Notes under the pieces: model-generated
Seen by the model: only the letters and a program-made list of their open reading frames with translations
Told to the model about the DNA's origin: nothing
Databases searched by the model: none
Source of the DNA: an uncultured Candidatus Rokubacteria bacterium
GTDB lineage: Bacteria > Methylomirabilota > Methylomirabilia > Rokubacteriales > CSP1-6
Length of the DNA: 64,000 nt
Reading direction: 5' to 3'
Assembly: GCA_963758635.1 (NCBI GenBank)
Contig: CAVWWD010000004.1
Coordinates: forward strand, 256,001-320,000
Shown here: positions 23,059 through 33,828 of the stretch, in pieces
Layout: each line of letters begins with the position of its first letter
Numbering within the stretch: the first letter of the stretch is position 1
Program-made: the position numbers and the translations under genes

Positions 23059-23484
23059 CTATGCGGATCGCCGGCACCCGAGCCCGATCGCGAGCACCGG
23101 GACGGCGGTATGCCGGAGGACGCGCCGGACGGCGCCGACGTGACCGGCGCTGGTCACGACGAGATCGGCGGACAGCTGCGCCACGGCGGTCGCGATCGCC
23201 GCGCGCGCCGCTCCGAACTGGATGTGGGTCACGACCCGCCGCCCGTCCTCGCGCAGGACGGCGGCGATGGGTTCCAGATACGACAGGACCCGTGCGCGCG
23301 CGGCGTCCTCGAGCTGGTCGGCGAAGGCGACGACACGCCCCCCGGCCTGGACCATCGCCGCGGCCGGGCACACGCACAGCAGGTGCACGACGCTGTCGGA
23401 GCCGCCGGCCAGATACCGCACCCAGCCGAGCGCCTGCTCGCCTCGCGCCGTCTCGTCCAGAAGCACGACGATACGCTCGTACAT
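23059..23484 (-). CDS. Universal stress protein
   Basis: MYERIVVLLDE...ADLVV...RVLRHTAVPVL. Confidence 0.8.
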   Translation of the reverse strand: MYERIVVLLDETARGEQALGWVRYLAGGSDSVVHLLCVCPAAAMVQAGGRVVAFADQLEDAARARVLSYLEPIAAVLREDGRRVVTHIQFGAARAAIATAVAQLSADLVVTSAGHVGAVRRVLRHTAVPVLAIGLGCRRSA

Positions 23485-23743
23485 GACAGCTCCCACCGTA
23501 CCCGCGCGACGTTTCGCGGCCGTCGCCGCGCGGATACGCTTGCATGACGACGAAGGAGTGCCCCGTCGCGATTGACACCAACGATGGACGCTCCGGGTCC
23601 AACGTGCGCGGGCCGCGTCAGCGCGACGACACCGGCACAACGCCGCGCCTACGTAGGAGTGGACGCCCGGCTACGCTAGGCGGATTCCGGCATGGACGTG
23701 ACCGTCTCACTTCTTCACACGAATCGCAACGAGGGGTCATCAG

Positions 23744-23779
23744 CGTTTCACGATGAAACGCGCGTTCCGTCTCGGAACG
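23744..23779. promoter_or_regulatory. Tandem palindromic enhancer-like sites
   Basis: CGTTTC-N5-GAAACG (23744-23760) and CGTTCC-N5-GGAACG (23763-23779). Confidence 0.6.
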
Positions 23780-23821
23780 GCGCGCACCGCGCGCCCGGCA
23801 GGGAAATCGGAGGCATCGCGC

Positions 23822-23836
23822 TGGCAAGGATCTTGC
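23822..23836 (+). promoter_or_regulatory. Sigma54 (-24/-12) promoter
   Basis: TGGCAAGGATCTTGC fits TGGCA-N6-TTGC; about 40 nt upstream of the kinase ATG. Confidence 0.7.
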
Positions 23837-23875
23837 CCCTACCGGTAGAATCATCGAAGGCAGCCTGCGCACCCC

Positions 23876-25588
23876 ATGCCCATCTCGAAGACGCTGGTCC
23901 TGGTCTCGGCGCTGACCCTCACCATCCAGTTCCTGATCTTTGTCGTACCTCTACTCGTCGCACCGCGTGCGGTTCTTCCGATACCTGCTGCGTGGCGTGG
24001 GGGCTCATGAGCCTCGCCAAGGGCCTGCACGCTCGGACAGATCCTCGCTCCCGCGTCTCGAGATCCTGGGTAGCGCTGATCAATGCTGCCTTCGTCGTGC
24101 GCCACCCTCCTCGTGCTGGCGGGCGGGCTGGCCTTCCGGTTCGACTACCACGATCCGGTGGCGCGACGCCGCGCTCGGCGCGTGTGGCCGCGCTGGGCGC
24201 AACTTGGGCCTCGGGTGACCTGTCCGATGCCGGCACGGCCGGCGCGGAGCGTGGCCGGGCTCGTGCACGGGGAGCATCCAGCTCCTGGCCGGCCACGCAG
24301 TTCTGGCCGCGACCGCTGCGGCCCCGGCTATCGCGGCGCCTGCTTCCTCGCCACCTGCGCCTGGCCCTCTGGGGGCGTGCACCGGATGGTGTCGCCGCTA
24401 CGACGCCGGCCGAGCCGGGCACGGCGGCGCATCTGGCGATGCATCTCGCGCTTCATGCTGTTCTACTTCCTCTCCACCTTCGCGATCATCATCATGGTGC
24501 TCGACCGCGCCCGCAGCGAGACGCGCCGCGCTCAAGGAGTTCAACGAGCGTCTGGTGGATGGCCTCGGCGAGGGCCTCCAGCTCGTCGACGGCGACTTCC
24601 GGATCCGCCACGCCAACCGCTGGATGCAGGATCAGCTTCGGGCCCGTGGTGGGCGGTCGGTGCTACGAGGTGCTGACCGCGGCCAGCGCAAGCCCGTGTC
24701 CGGGGTGTCCGCTGCGCGCGCCGGAACGAGATGGCGAGCCGGAGCGCCTCGAGACCGCCGGGCCCCGGAGATCGCCGCTTCTCGCTCTGAGCTGCGCCCC
24801 GGTGCGCCAGCCCGACGGCGAGGTCTTCCTGCTCGAGCTCGTCGCCGACGTGACGGAGCAGGAGCGCCTGCAGCGCCCGCCTCACCGAGGCCGAGCGCCT
24901 GGCCGCGGCCGGTGAGCTGGCCGCCGGGGTCGCGCACGAGATCCGTAATCCGCTGGCCGCGATCGTGAACGCCACGACGCTGCTCGCGCGCCGAGGAGAC
25001 GCTGACGCGCCGAGGAGCGGGCGGAGCACGCTCGGCCGCCATCAAGAAGGAGGCGCGACGGCTCAACCGCATCCTCTCCGACTTCCTCCTCTTCGCGCGC
25101 CCGACCGACGCCCAGGCTCGCTCGAGGGCGACGTGCGCGAGCCGTCGTGGACCACGTGGCCGGGCTGATCCGGGAGGATACCGGCCCGGGCGCGAGCGCG
25201 TGGAGCTGTCGGACGTGCGGGTGCACCCTGGTGCTCCTCGCGTGTGCCCTACGACGCGGACCAGATGACGCAGGTCCTGTGCAACATCGCCCTCAACGGG
25301 GTCGGAGGCGATGGACGGGCCACGGCCGCCTGGACATCGACGGTGGCCCGGAGAACGGCGCGACGGTGGCCGTGGCCGTCGCCGACACCGGCCGTGGGAT
25401 CCCGATGGAGGAGCGCCGGCGGGTCTTCGAGCCCTTCTACTCGCGCAAGCGTGGCAGGCAGCGGGCCTCGGGCTCACGATCGCTCGCCGCATCGTTGGCC
25501 GCGCACGGCGGACGGATCGACGTGGAGTCGACGGCCGGCCACGGCTCGCTGCTTCACCGTGGTGCTGCCCATCGACGCGGCGGCGTGA
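23876..25588 (+). CDS. Membrane sensor histidine kinase with PAS-like domain (many frameshifts)
   Basis: Hydrophobic N-terminus; DGLGEGLQLVDGDFRIRHANRW; CYEVL...PCPGCP; H-box AHEIRNPLA; QVLCNIALNG; VADTGRGIP..RVFEPFYS; GLGL; HGGRIDVES. Confidence 0.75.
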
Positions 25589-25589
25589 G

Positions 25590-26951
25590 ATGGCGTCGAT
25601 CCTCATCGTCGACGACGAGGCGTCGGCGCGGACGCACGCTCGCCCTGCTGCTCCGCAAGCGCCACCATCGGGTGACGGAGGCCGACGGCGTGACGGCCGG
25701 CGGTGAAGGCGCTCGTCGACGAGGTCTTCGAGGTGGTCGTGACGCGATCTGCGCATGCCGGACGGAGATGGGCTGGACGTGCTACGCGCGAGCCGCGCCC
25801 ACTGCCCGGACGCCGACGTGATCCTCCTCACCGCGTATGCGGGTTGGGAGTCCGCCAAGGAGGCCATCCAGCTCGGCGCCGTGCGACTACTTCGAGAAGG
25901 GCCGGGAGCCCGACGAGTTGCTTCCACCGGATCGACCGGGCGCTCGGCCGAGAACGCCCTTCGGCGAGAGAACGAGAACCTCCGCGCGCAGGTTCGGGAC
26001 CGGTACTCGGCCTGCCCGGCCTGCTCGCCGGCTCGGCGCGGATGGCGCAGGTGGTGGACGTGGTGCGGCGGGTCGCGCCCACCGAGCGCCACCGTGCTCA
26101 TCCAGGGCGAGTCGGGGACGGGCAAGGAGGTCATCGCCAAGGCCCTCCATCACGCCAGCGCGCGCGCCGTGCGGACCCTTCGTCGCGGTCAACTGTGGCG
26201 CCCTGCCCGGAGACGCTCCTCGAGTCCGAGTTGTTCGGCCACGCGCGCGGAGCCTTCACCGGCGCGAGCGCGCACCGGCGCGGCCTGTTCGAGGAAGCCG
26301 ACGGCGGCACGCTCCTGCTCGACGAGATCGGCGAGATGCCGCCCAGCGCTCCAGGTGAAGCTGCTGCGCGTCGCTGCAGAGCGGCGAGATCCGTCCCCTC
26401 GGCTCCACGCGAGACGATCACGGTGGACGTGCGTGTGGTGGCCGCCACGAACCGCGACATCGAGCAGCTGATGCGCGAGGGCAGCTTCCGGGAGGACCTC
26501 TACTACCGGCTCAACGTGATCCCGGTCGTGCTCCCGCCGCTGCGCGAGCGGCGCGAGGACGTGCCGCTCCTCGCCGAGCACTTCCTGGAGCGCGCCGCCC
26601 AGCGAGCGGGTCGACGTCTCCGGCCTGGCCCCGGCCGCCGTGGAGCGGCTGCTCCGCTATCCCTGGCCCGGCAACGTGCGTGAGCTGGAGAACGCGATCG
26701 AACGCACGGCGATCCTCGCCCAGCGGGACGTTATCGAGCCCGACGACCTTCCGCCCCACGTGACGGGCGCCCTGGTGCTCGGGCTCGCGCCGGGGCTCGC
26801 GCGCGAGCACACCCTGGCCGATGCGGAGCGCTCGCACATTGTGCAGACGCTCGAGCGCTGCGGCTGGAACCATTCGCGCGCGGCCGACGTGCTGGGAATC
26901 GGCCGCACGACCCTCTGGCGGAAGCTCAAGGAGTACGGGATCGACCGGTAG
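25590..26951 (+). CDS. NtrC/AtoC-family sigma54-dependent response regulator (frameshifted)
   Basis: [81 protein letters not shown]. Confidence 0.9.
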
Positions 26952-26966
26952 CGCCCCGTCCGATCT

Positions 26967-27003
26967 GGTTCCAGAACGGAACGCGACGCTCCGATCTGGA
27001 ACG
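26967..27003. promoter_or_regulatory. Second pair of enhancer-like palindromes
   Basis: GGTTCC-N5-GGAACG (26967-26983) and CGCTCC-N5-GGAACG (26987-27003). Imperfect sigma54-like TGGCATCGTTCGTGA follows at 27067-27081. Confidence 0.55.
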
Positions 27004-27095
27004 ACCGACGGCCCGCGGCAAGCGTGCCCGCGCCACCGATTCGCGAGGTTCGCCGAAGGCCGGTGGTGGCATCGTTCGTGAACTCCTCCCGGGGC

Positions 27096-28076
27096 ATGGC
27101 AGCGATCCTGATCGTCGACGACGAGCCCTCCGCCCGCCTCACCCTCGGCCTGCTGCTCCGCCATCGCGGTCACAGGGTCCACGAGGCCGACTCGGTCGAG
27201 GCGGCGACGCGGGCCCTCGGCCGCGAGACCTATGACGTTGTCGTCACCGACCTCCGGATGCCCGACGGTCTCGGGCTCGATGTGCTGCGGACGACGAAGG
27301 CGCGCGACCCCGAGGCCAGCGTTGTCCTGCTCACCGCGCACCCGGGATGGGAGACCGCCAAGGAAGCCATGCGGCTCGGCGCGTTCGACTACTTCGAGAA
27401 GGGCCAAGAGCCCGACGGGCTGTTCCAGCTGATCGATCGTGCGCTGGCCGAGCAGGCACGCCGCCGGCAGGTGGCGGTGCCGGTCCCGTCAGGTGGCGGC
27501 GAGCGCCGTCACCTGACCGTGCTCTTCGCAGACATGCGCGGCTCCATGGAGCTCCTCGCGAGCGACGACCTCGAGGAGGCGCGCCGGGTGCTCGACGACG
27601 TGATCGAGCAGATGATGGAGTGCGTGCACGGTGCGGGCGGCACGGTGAACCAAGTCATGGGCGACGGCATCATGGCGCTCTTCGGGGCGCCCGTGAGCTG
27701 CCCGGATCACGCCGTGCGCGCTTGCCGCGCCGCCCTCCGGATGCAGGAGGCGGTGGCCCGCTACGCCGCCGGCTTGCGCCGGCGCCACGGGCGTGGCGTC
27801 CAGATCCGCGTGGGCATCAACTCTGGCGAGGCCATTGTGCGGTCGGTCGGCAGCGACCTCCGCTGGGACTACAGCGCGGTCGGCCCCTCGATCCACATCG
27901 GAGCGCGCATGGAGCAGCTCGCGTTCCCCGGCACCACCGTGCTCACCGCGGCGACCCTGGCCCTCGCGGGGGACGAGGTCGAGGTCAGGCCGCTGGGCCG
28001 GATCCCGGTGAAGGGGCTGCCGGACGGGCTCGAGGCATACGAGCTCGTGGGCGTTCGCTCGGCGGTGGTGGTGTGA
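27096..28076 (+). CDS. Response-regulator receiver fused to class III adenylate/guanylate cyclase
   Basis: REC MAAILIVDDE..TDLRMPD; cyclase ERRHLTVLFADMRGS, VNQVMGDGIMALFGAP, IRVGINSGE, GARMEQLA. Intact ORF. Confidence 0.85.
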   Translation: MAAILIVDDEPSARLTLGLLLRHRGHRVHEADSVEAATRALGRETYDVVVTDLRMPDGLGLDVLRTTKARDPEASVVLLTAHPGWETAKEAMRLGAFDYFEKGQEPDGLFQLIDRALAEQARRRQVAVPVPSGGGERRHLTVLFADMRGSMELLASDDLEEARRVLDDVIEQMMECVHGAGGTVNQVMGDGIMALFGAPVSCPDHAVRACRAALRMQEAVARYAAGLRRRHGRGVQIRVGINSGEAIVRSVGSDLRWDYSAVGPSIHIGARMEQLAFPGTTVLTAATLALAGDEVEVRPLGRIPVKGLPDGLEAYELVGVRSAVVV

Positions 28077-28120
28077 CCGGAGTCACGACCGGGATCACCG
28101 CCGTTAACGCCGGCCCGTGC

Positions 28121-28533
28121 CGACCACCCGCGGATCCTCGAGCCCAGGCGGGCCCTGGAGGTGGCGAGCGACGACGTCCACCGCGTGCGCCCCTGGTTCG
28201 CGGGGCGGCTGGACTTCGCGCCGATCGTGACCTTCGGCGGCGACGGGGAGTTCCCGCTGCGCGGGGGAGCCGTCGAGCGCTTCCTGGACCGGCGCGCGCG
28301 GCCGTCTTCGTGTACGGGCGGCGCCTGCACACCGTCTCGCTGCTCGTCTTCCGCGCGGACGGACTGCCCGGCGGGGACGGCGCCGTGTCGCCGCCGACCC
28401 TGCTCACCCTTCGGGGGTTCAACGTGATCCTGTGGCGCGCCGGCGACCTCGGCTACGCGCTCGTGTCGGACCTCAATGCGGATGAGCTGCGCACACTTGC
28501 CCGCCGCCTGGAGGCGCCGGCCTCCCCGTCATG
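28121..28533 (+). pseudogene. 5'-truncated duplicate of the anti-sigma gene (partner 43079-43490)
   Basis: Near-identical DNA to the 3' half of 42711-43490; no start codon, one frameshift. Confidence 0.9.
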
Positions 28534-28668
28534 ACGCGGAGCTGAAGGTCCACGGACCCTTCCACCACGGCCGCCCGCTTGCCGGCCACTTTCATGATCT
28601 CCGTCCTCGCGCGGAGGGGATCGTGCGCCACCACCTCCGCGAAGTTTCGGGTTTTGCGCTCTTCCTGT

Positions 28669-29229
28669 TTACCGCTTCGCGTACTCCGTGAAAACGTAGT
28701 CTCTTGTCTTCACTATCGTGTGGCACGCGACCCCGCACTTCGCGTCGTTCGCCTGCGGCGGCTGGTGAGTCAGAGTGCCGGGCTTGTACATGTCGGACGC
28801 GGCGTCATAGACGAACACCGCATATCCCCATCCGCCGCCGTCCGCGAACCTCTTGCTGTCCTTGACGCATGAAGTCGAGGTCATACACAGGACCCGGCAC
28901 CCTTACGTCGTAGGGGGCATTGGTGCTCTTCTTCGGTCTCCACTCGACCTTCGCCATCTTGGCGCCATCGGGGACGGGCTTGCCGTTGCCGGGAATGCCG
29001 GCCCGATAGGCGCTACATCATCACGGGATTGGCGACAACGACCTTGATCAGGTCTTCGGTGTGGTGAACGGCGACAACCGCCCAGTCTTCGTATCCCCTG
29101 AACTCCGAGAACGCGAGCCCACCCGGCACTGTCAAGCTGTACTTATCCTGCGCGAGAATAGGCCGCGCCACCCACGACCGCGAGCGCCAACGTCGCAGTC
29201 GCAATCGTCAGCATCGTTGTGCGCTTCAT
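28669..29229 (-). CDS. Cytochrome P460 family protein (frameshifted)
   Basis: Signal peptide; QDKYSLTVPGGLAFSEFRGYEDW; PDGAKMAKVEW; VKDSKRFADGGGWGYA; heme motif CGVACH; DYVFTEY. Confidence 0.8.
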
Positions 29230-29452
29230 CGCCAGCAACTCCTTGATGAGCATGGTCATTGCAGTCTCTCCTTTCGAGCCTCGCTGCGCTTGTGGGGATC
29301 AATGCAGTTCCGAAGAGAGGCCGCGGACAGGCGCCGGTGGAGCGCGAGGGAGCTCGACGCCGTCGCTTCCCGCCCTGCGGTTCGCCATCGTCGGCCTCCA
29401 TGTCGTGGACGACGTTCTCGGTGACTCGTCAGGGACACCGTACTCGGCGCGA

Positions 29453-29573
29453 GTCTGATGAGTCCTTGCCGCGGCCTGAATCGTTCTGGGCGGGCGCTGA
29501 TGGTGCGTCAGATCTGGGTGATGGACCGTCACAACGAGTTCGGCTGTTCTGAATCGCCCTGAAGAGTCCTGAA
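29453..29573. promoter_or_regulatory. Operator block 1 (10-bp-period CTGAA direct repeats)
   Basis: 36-bp block 29453-29488 is 32/36 identical to 36420-36455; CTGAA at 29549, 29559 and 29569. Confidence 0.65.
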
Positions 29574-29597
29574 ACGCCGCTGTACAATTCGAATGAT

Positions 29598-32437
29598 ATG
29601 ACCGGCGAGCGCGACCCCTTTGCGGTCCTGGAGTTTGGCCGCTTCAAGGTCGTGCCTCATCGCCGGGAGCTGCTGGCCGAAGGAAAGGCCATCGCGCTGG
29701 GTGGTCGCGCCTTCGACACGCTGATCGCCCTGATCGACGCGGGCGGCTCCGTCATCGACAAGGACGCCCTGATGCGCCGGGTCTGGCCCGACCGGATCGT
29801 GGAGGAGAACAACCTCCAGGCTCAGATCTCCGCGTTGCGTAAGGCGCTCGGCGCCGATCGCGAGTTAATCCGAACGGTCGCGGGGCGCGGCTACCAGTTC
29901 GCTGGTGAGATTCGCGGCGCCGCGGAGACGCCGGCCGCTGCCGGCGTCGAACTTGCCCGAACCCGTCTCCGATCTGATCGGCCGGGATGCTGCGCTCCGT
30001 GAGGTCGTGAATCTCGTCACGGGCCACCGCCTGGTGACCCTGACCGGTGCGGGGGGCATCGGCAAGACCCGGTTGGGTCTCGAAGTCGCGCGTCAGCTGC
30101 TGCCGAGGTTCGCCGACGGCGCGGGACTGGCGGAGCTGGGACCGCTGACCGATCCGCAGCTCGTCCCGGTGACCGTCGCCATCGCGCTGCGCCTCACGTC
30201 CCTCGCCGGCGACGTCTCGATCGAAGGCGTCGCGGCGGCGGTGGCCGGCCAGGCGTGTTCTCGTGGTGCTCGACAATTGTGAGCACCTGATCGACGCGGC
30301 CGCCGCACATGGCCGAGGCTCTGCTGCGCGCCAGCCCCGGCGTGTGCGTCGTGACGACGAGCCGTGAGCCGCTGCGAGCGGCCGGCGGAGTACGTCTACC
30401 GCGTGCCGCCGCTCGACGTCCCGGCCGAAGAGAATCTCGACGCGGACGACGTGCTGCGACACGGCGCGGTCAAGCTCTTCGTGGCGCGCGCCCAGGCGGC
30501 TGGAGCCACGCTACGTGCCCGATCGACGGCTGGCGTCGGCGACCGCAGCCATCTGTCGCCACCTCGACGGGATCCCGCTGGCCATCGAGCTCGCCGCCGC
30601 TCGTATCGCGGCATTCGGCGTGGAAGGGGTTGCGTCACGGCTCGACGATCGCTTCCGCCTCCTCACCGGCGGCAGCCGCACCGCGCTCCCGCGGCAGCAA
30701 ACGCTGCGGGCGACACTGGACTGGAGTCATGAGCTCCTCTCCGAGCCTGAGCGCGTCCTTCTGCGGCGCCTTTCGGTCCTGGCGGGAAGCTTCACGCTCC
30801 AAGAGCTCGTCGCGATCGCGGCGGGCCCGGAGCTCGGCGCGCGGCAACGTCGTGGAATGCGTGGCGAACCTCGTCGCAAAGTCGCTCATCTCGGTCGATC
30901 TGAGCGCTGCCGTCACGTGGTATCGCCTGCTCGAGACGACGCGAGCGTACGCGCGCGAGAAGCTCGAGGAGAGCGGGGAGGTCGAGCGCTTCAGCCGGCG
31001 CCACGCGGAGTATGTCCGGGATCTGTTCGAGCGCGCCAATACGGAGTGGCGGGATCAGCTGACCGCCGAGTGGCTGGCGACGTACGGGCCGGAGCTGGAT
31101 GATCTACGCGCGGCGCTCGATTGGGCGTTCGCTCCGGAGGGCGATGTGGCTATCGGTGTCGCGCTGAACGATCGCGGCCGTGCCGCTGTGGTTCCAGCTG
31201 TCACTGCTCGGCGAGTGTCGCGCGCGTGTCGAGCGCGCGCTCGCGACGCTGACGACGATGATGGATCGCGACGCGCATGGCGAGCTGCAGCTGCAGGCCG
31301 CGCTCGGCTGGTCGCTCATGTACACGACGGGACGTGCGCGCGAGACGGAGGAAGCGTGGGCCACGCGCGCTGGAGCTGGCGGAGCGACTTGAGGATACCG
31401 ACTATCAGCTGCGCGCATTGTGGGGACTCTGGGCCGTACACGTCAACAACGGAGCGTTCCGCCAGGCCCTGCAGCTGGCTGAGCAGTTCGGTGTGGTGGC
31501 GACAACGGCGCGCGACCCCGCGGTTCCGCTCATCGGCGAACGGATGCTCGGCGCGACGCTGCACTTCCTCGGCGAGCAGAATCGAGCACGCAACCACCTC
31601 GAACGCATGCTCGAACACTATCTCGGTCCACCGAACAGGTCGGACATCGTACGCTTCAAGTTCGACCAGCGAGTCACCGCCCGAATGACCTTGGCGCGGG
31701 TCCTCTGGCTCCAGGGATTCGCCGACCAGGCGATGCGAACGGTCCAGCGCGCCGTCGACGACGCGCTCTCGATCCAGCACGCGCTGTCGCTGTGCAATGT
31801 GTTGGGTTCGGCGGCATGCCCGCTGGCGATCGCGAGCGGCGACCTTGTGGCGGCGGAACGCTACGCCGCGATGCTGACCCATCACGCCGGGCGCCACGGG
31901 GCCGACGTGTGGCTGACGTACGGTCGCTGCCTCAAGGGCATGGTGCTGATCAAGCGCGACGAGTTCAACGTCGGCGTGCCAATGCTCAGGGCCGCCGTCG
32001 CAGAACTTCGCGCCGCGCGGTTCGTTCACTACACGGCGTTTCTCGCCGCGCTGGCGGAAGGCCTCGCCGGCACCGGTGAGGCGGTCCGGGGTCTCGCCGT
32101 CGTCGACGAGGCGCTCGCACAATCGGAGAAAGCCGAGGAGCGCTGGATTCTGGCCGAGCTGTTGCGCCTCAAAGGCGAGCTCGTCGTGCTGCAGGATGTG
32201 CCGAACGCCGCCACGATCGCCGCAGATCACTTCCAGCAGTCGCTTGAGTGGGCGCGCCGCCAGGGTGCGCTCGCGTGGGAGCTGCGCAGCGCCACGAGCC
32301 TGGCGCGGCTATGGCATCGACAGCGCAAGACGACCCAGGCGCGCGCGTTGTTGGCGGCTGTCTACCGCCGATTCACCGAGGGCTTCGATACCACCGACCT
32401 CGTATCGGCGAGGACGGTTCTCGAGTCCTGCCGGTAG
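29598..32437 (+). CDS. OmpR-type winged helix + P-loop NTPase (STAND-like) + TPR regulator, copy 1 (frameshifted)
   Basis: LGGRAFDTL..VWPDRIVEENNLQAQISALRK..RTVAGRGY; LVTLTGAGGIGKTRL; LDNCEH; LDGIPLAIELAAAR; RQQTLRATLDWS; WELRSATSLARL; FTEGFDT. Confidence 0.85.
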
Positions 32438-32525
32438 ACCGGCCGACGCGGTACCAAACGGATCACGGCGGCATCGAGGGAAGGGGAAGGAGGGTCGCAA
32501 CGGGAGGCGAGCAGAGGCGATCTTC

Positions 32526-33384
32526 CTAGGATTCACGTTCACCTCCTCTGGGACTGACAGCGATGCCATAGCGTGCGGCCGGTGTGCTGAGTGAGAGGTT
32601 CGGGATCATCGTGTGTCGCGCCGCCTCGTACGCCTCCCACTGCGCGAGATCGGGGAGCGACGGGATTGTGACGACCTCCCCGCGGTCCAGTCCCGCCAGG
32701 CGCGGCGTCGACCATGTCGTCCACATCCATGACGATGCTCGGGCGGCAGGGACGCCAACGGCGTGCCGGCCTTCTCCCAGATCGCCGTCCGGGTCGCCCC
32801 GGGCAGGACCACCTGCACGCGGACGCCCTTGTTGGCGACTTCCTGCTGCAATCGCAGGCTCAGGTTGAGCAGGTAGGCTTTGGTGCCGCTGTAGCTGCCG
32901 TTGAACCGCTCCGGCGCGAGCGCGAGGACCGAGCTGATGTTGATGAGCGTGCCGCGGCTGCGCGCGACGAAGCCGGGAATCGCCGCGAGTGCCAGCCGGG
33001 AAGGCGCGAGCACGTTGAGCTGGATCATGCACTCGAGCCGGTCGGGATCCGCGCTCGCCAGGTCGCCGCTCATGGCGACGCCGGCGTTGTTGACGAGGGC
33101 GGTGATGCCGGCGTTCGTCCGCAGCACCTGTTCGACGCGGGCGAGGTCCGTCTTCCTGGCTCAGGTCGGCCGGGACGACCTCGACGGAACGACCTGTCTC
33201 CTGGCGGAGGCGGACGGCCAGCGCATCGAGGCGTTCTCGATAGCGCGCGATCGAGGATCAGGTCATGACCGCGACGCGCCAGCCGATCGGCGTACACCGC
33301 CCCGATGCCGGAGGACGCGCCCGTGATGACCGCGATGCCCGGGGCCGTCCCGCGGGTGTACAGGACCTTGTCGAAGCCCATCAC
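32526..33384 (-). CDS. SDR family oxidoreductase (frameshifted)
   Basis: ITGASSGIG, LVNNAG, INISS, YSGTK, VLPGATRT, TIPSLPD. Confidence 0.8.
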
Positions 33385-33407
33385 TCACTCCTCCTCATGT
33401 CCTTGTG

Positions 33408-33809
33408 TCATTCGACCACCGTCAGCAGGGGTTTGCCCTTCTCGACGATATACGTGGCGAGCTCCGCGGCGCGGCCGGTACCGACGTTCCTCGCCGAGTG
33501 GACCGTTCCGGCCGGGATGAACAGGACGTCGCCGGCCTTGAGGGTCACCGGCGGCTTGCCCTCGACCGTGTATTCCCACGTACCTTCGAGGACAAAGATG
33601 ATCTCTTCGCCCGGATGCGTGTGCCTGGGGGCCGTCGTTCCCGGCGCGAGCTCGACGATCGTCTGGACGACCTCGCGTCCGGTGACGCTCAGGTCATGCC
33701 GCTGGAGATCGATGCGCCGGGCTCCCACTTGCTGCGCCGGCGCTACGTGGAACGCCAGGCCGGTCGTGGCGAGCAGCACCGCGACTACCATGATTCGAGT
33801 GGCTTTCAT
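33408..33809 (-). CDS. Cupin domain protein with signal peptide
   Basis: MKATRIMVVAVLL...; PRHTHPGEE..VLEG..AGDVLFIPAGTVH. Confidence 0.85.
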   Translation of the reverse strand: MKATRIMVVAVLLATTGLAFHVAPAQQVGARRIDLQRHDLSVTGREVVQTIVELAPGTTAPRHTHPGEEIIFVLEGTWEYTVEGKPPVTLKAGDVLFIPAGTVHSARNVGTGRAAELATYIVEKGKPLLTVVE

Positions 33810-33828
33810 GACGACTCCTTTCGCCCTT

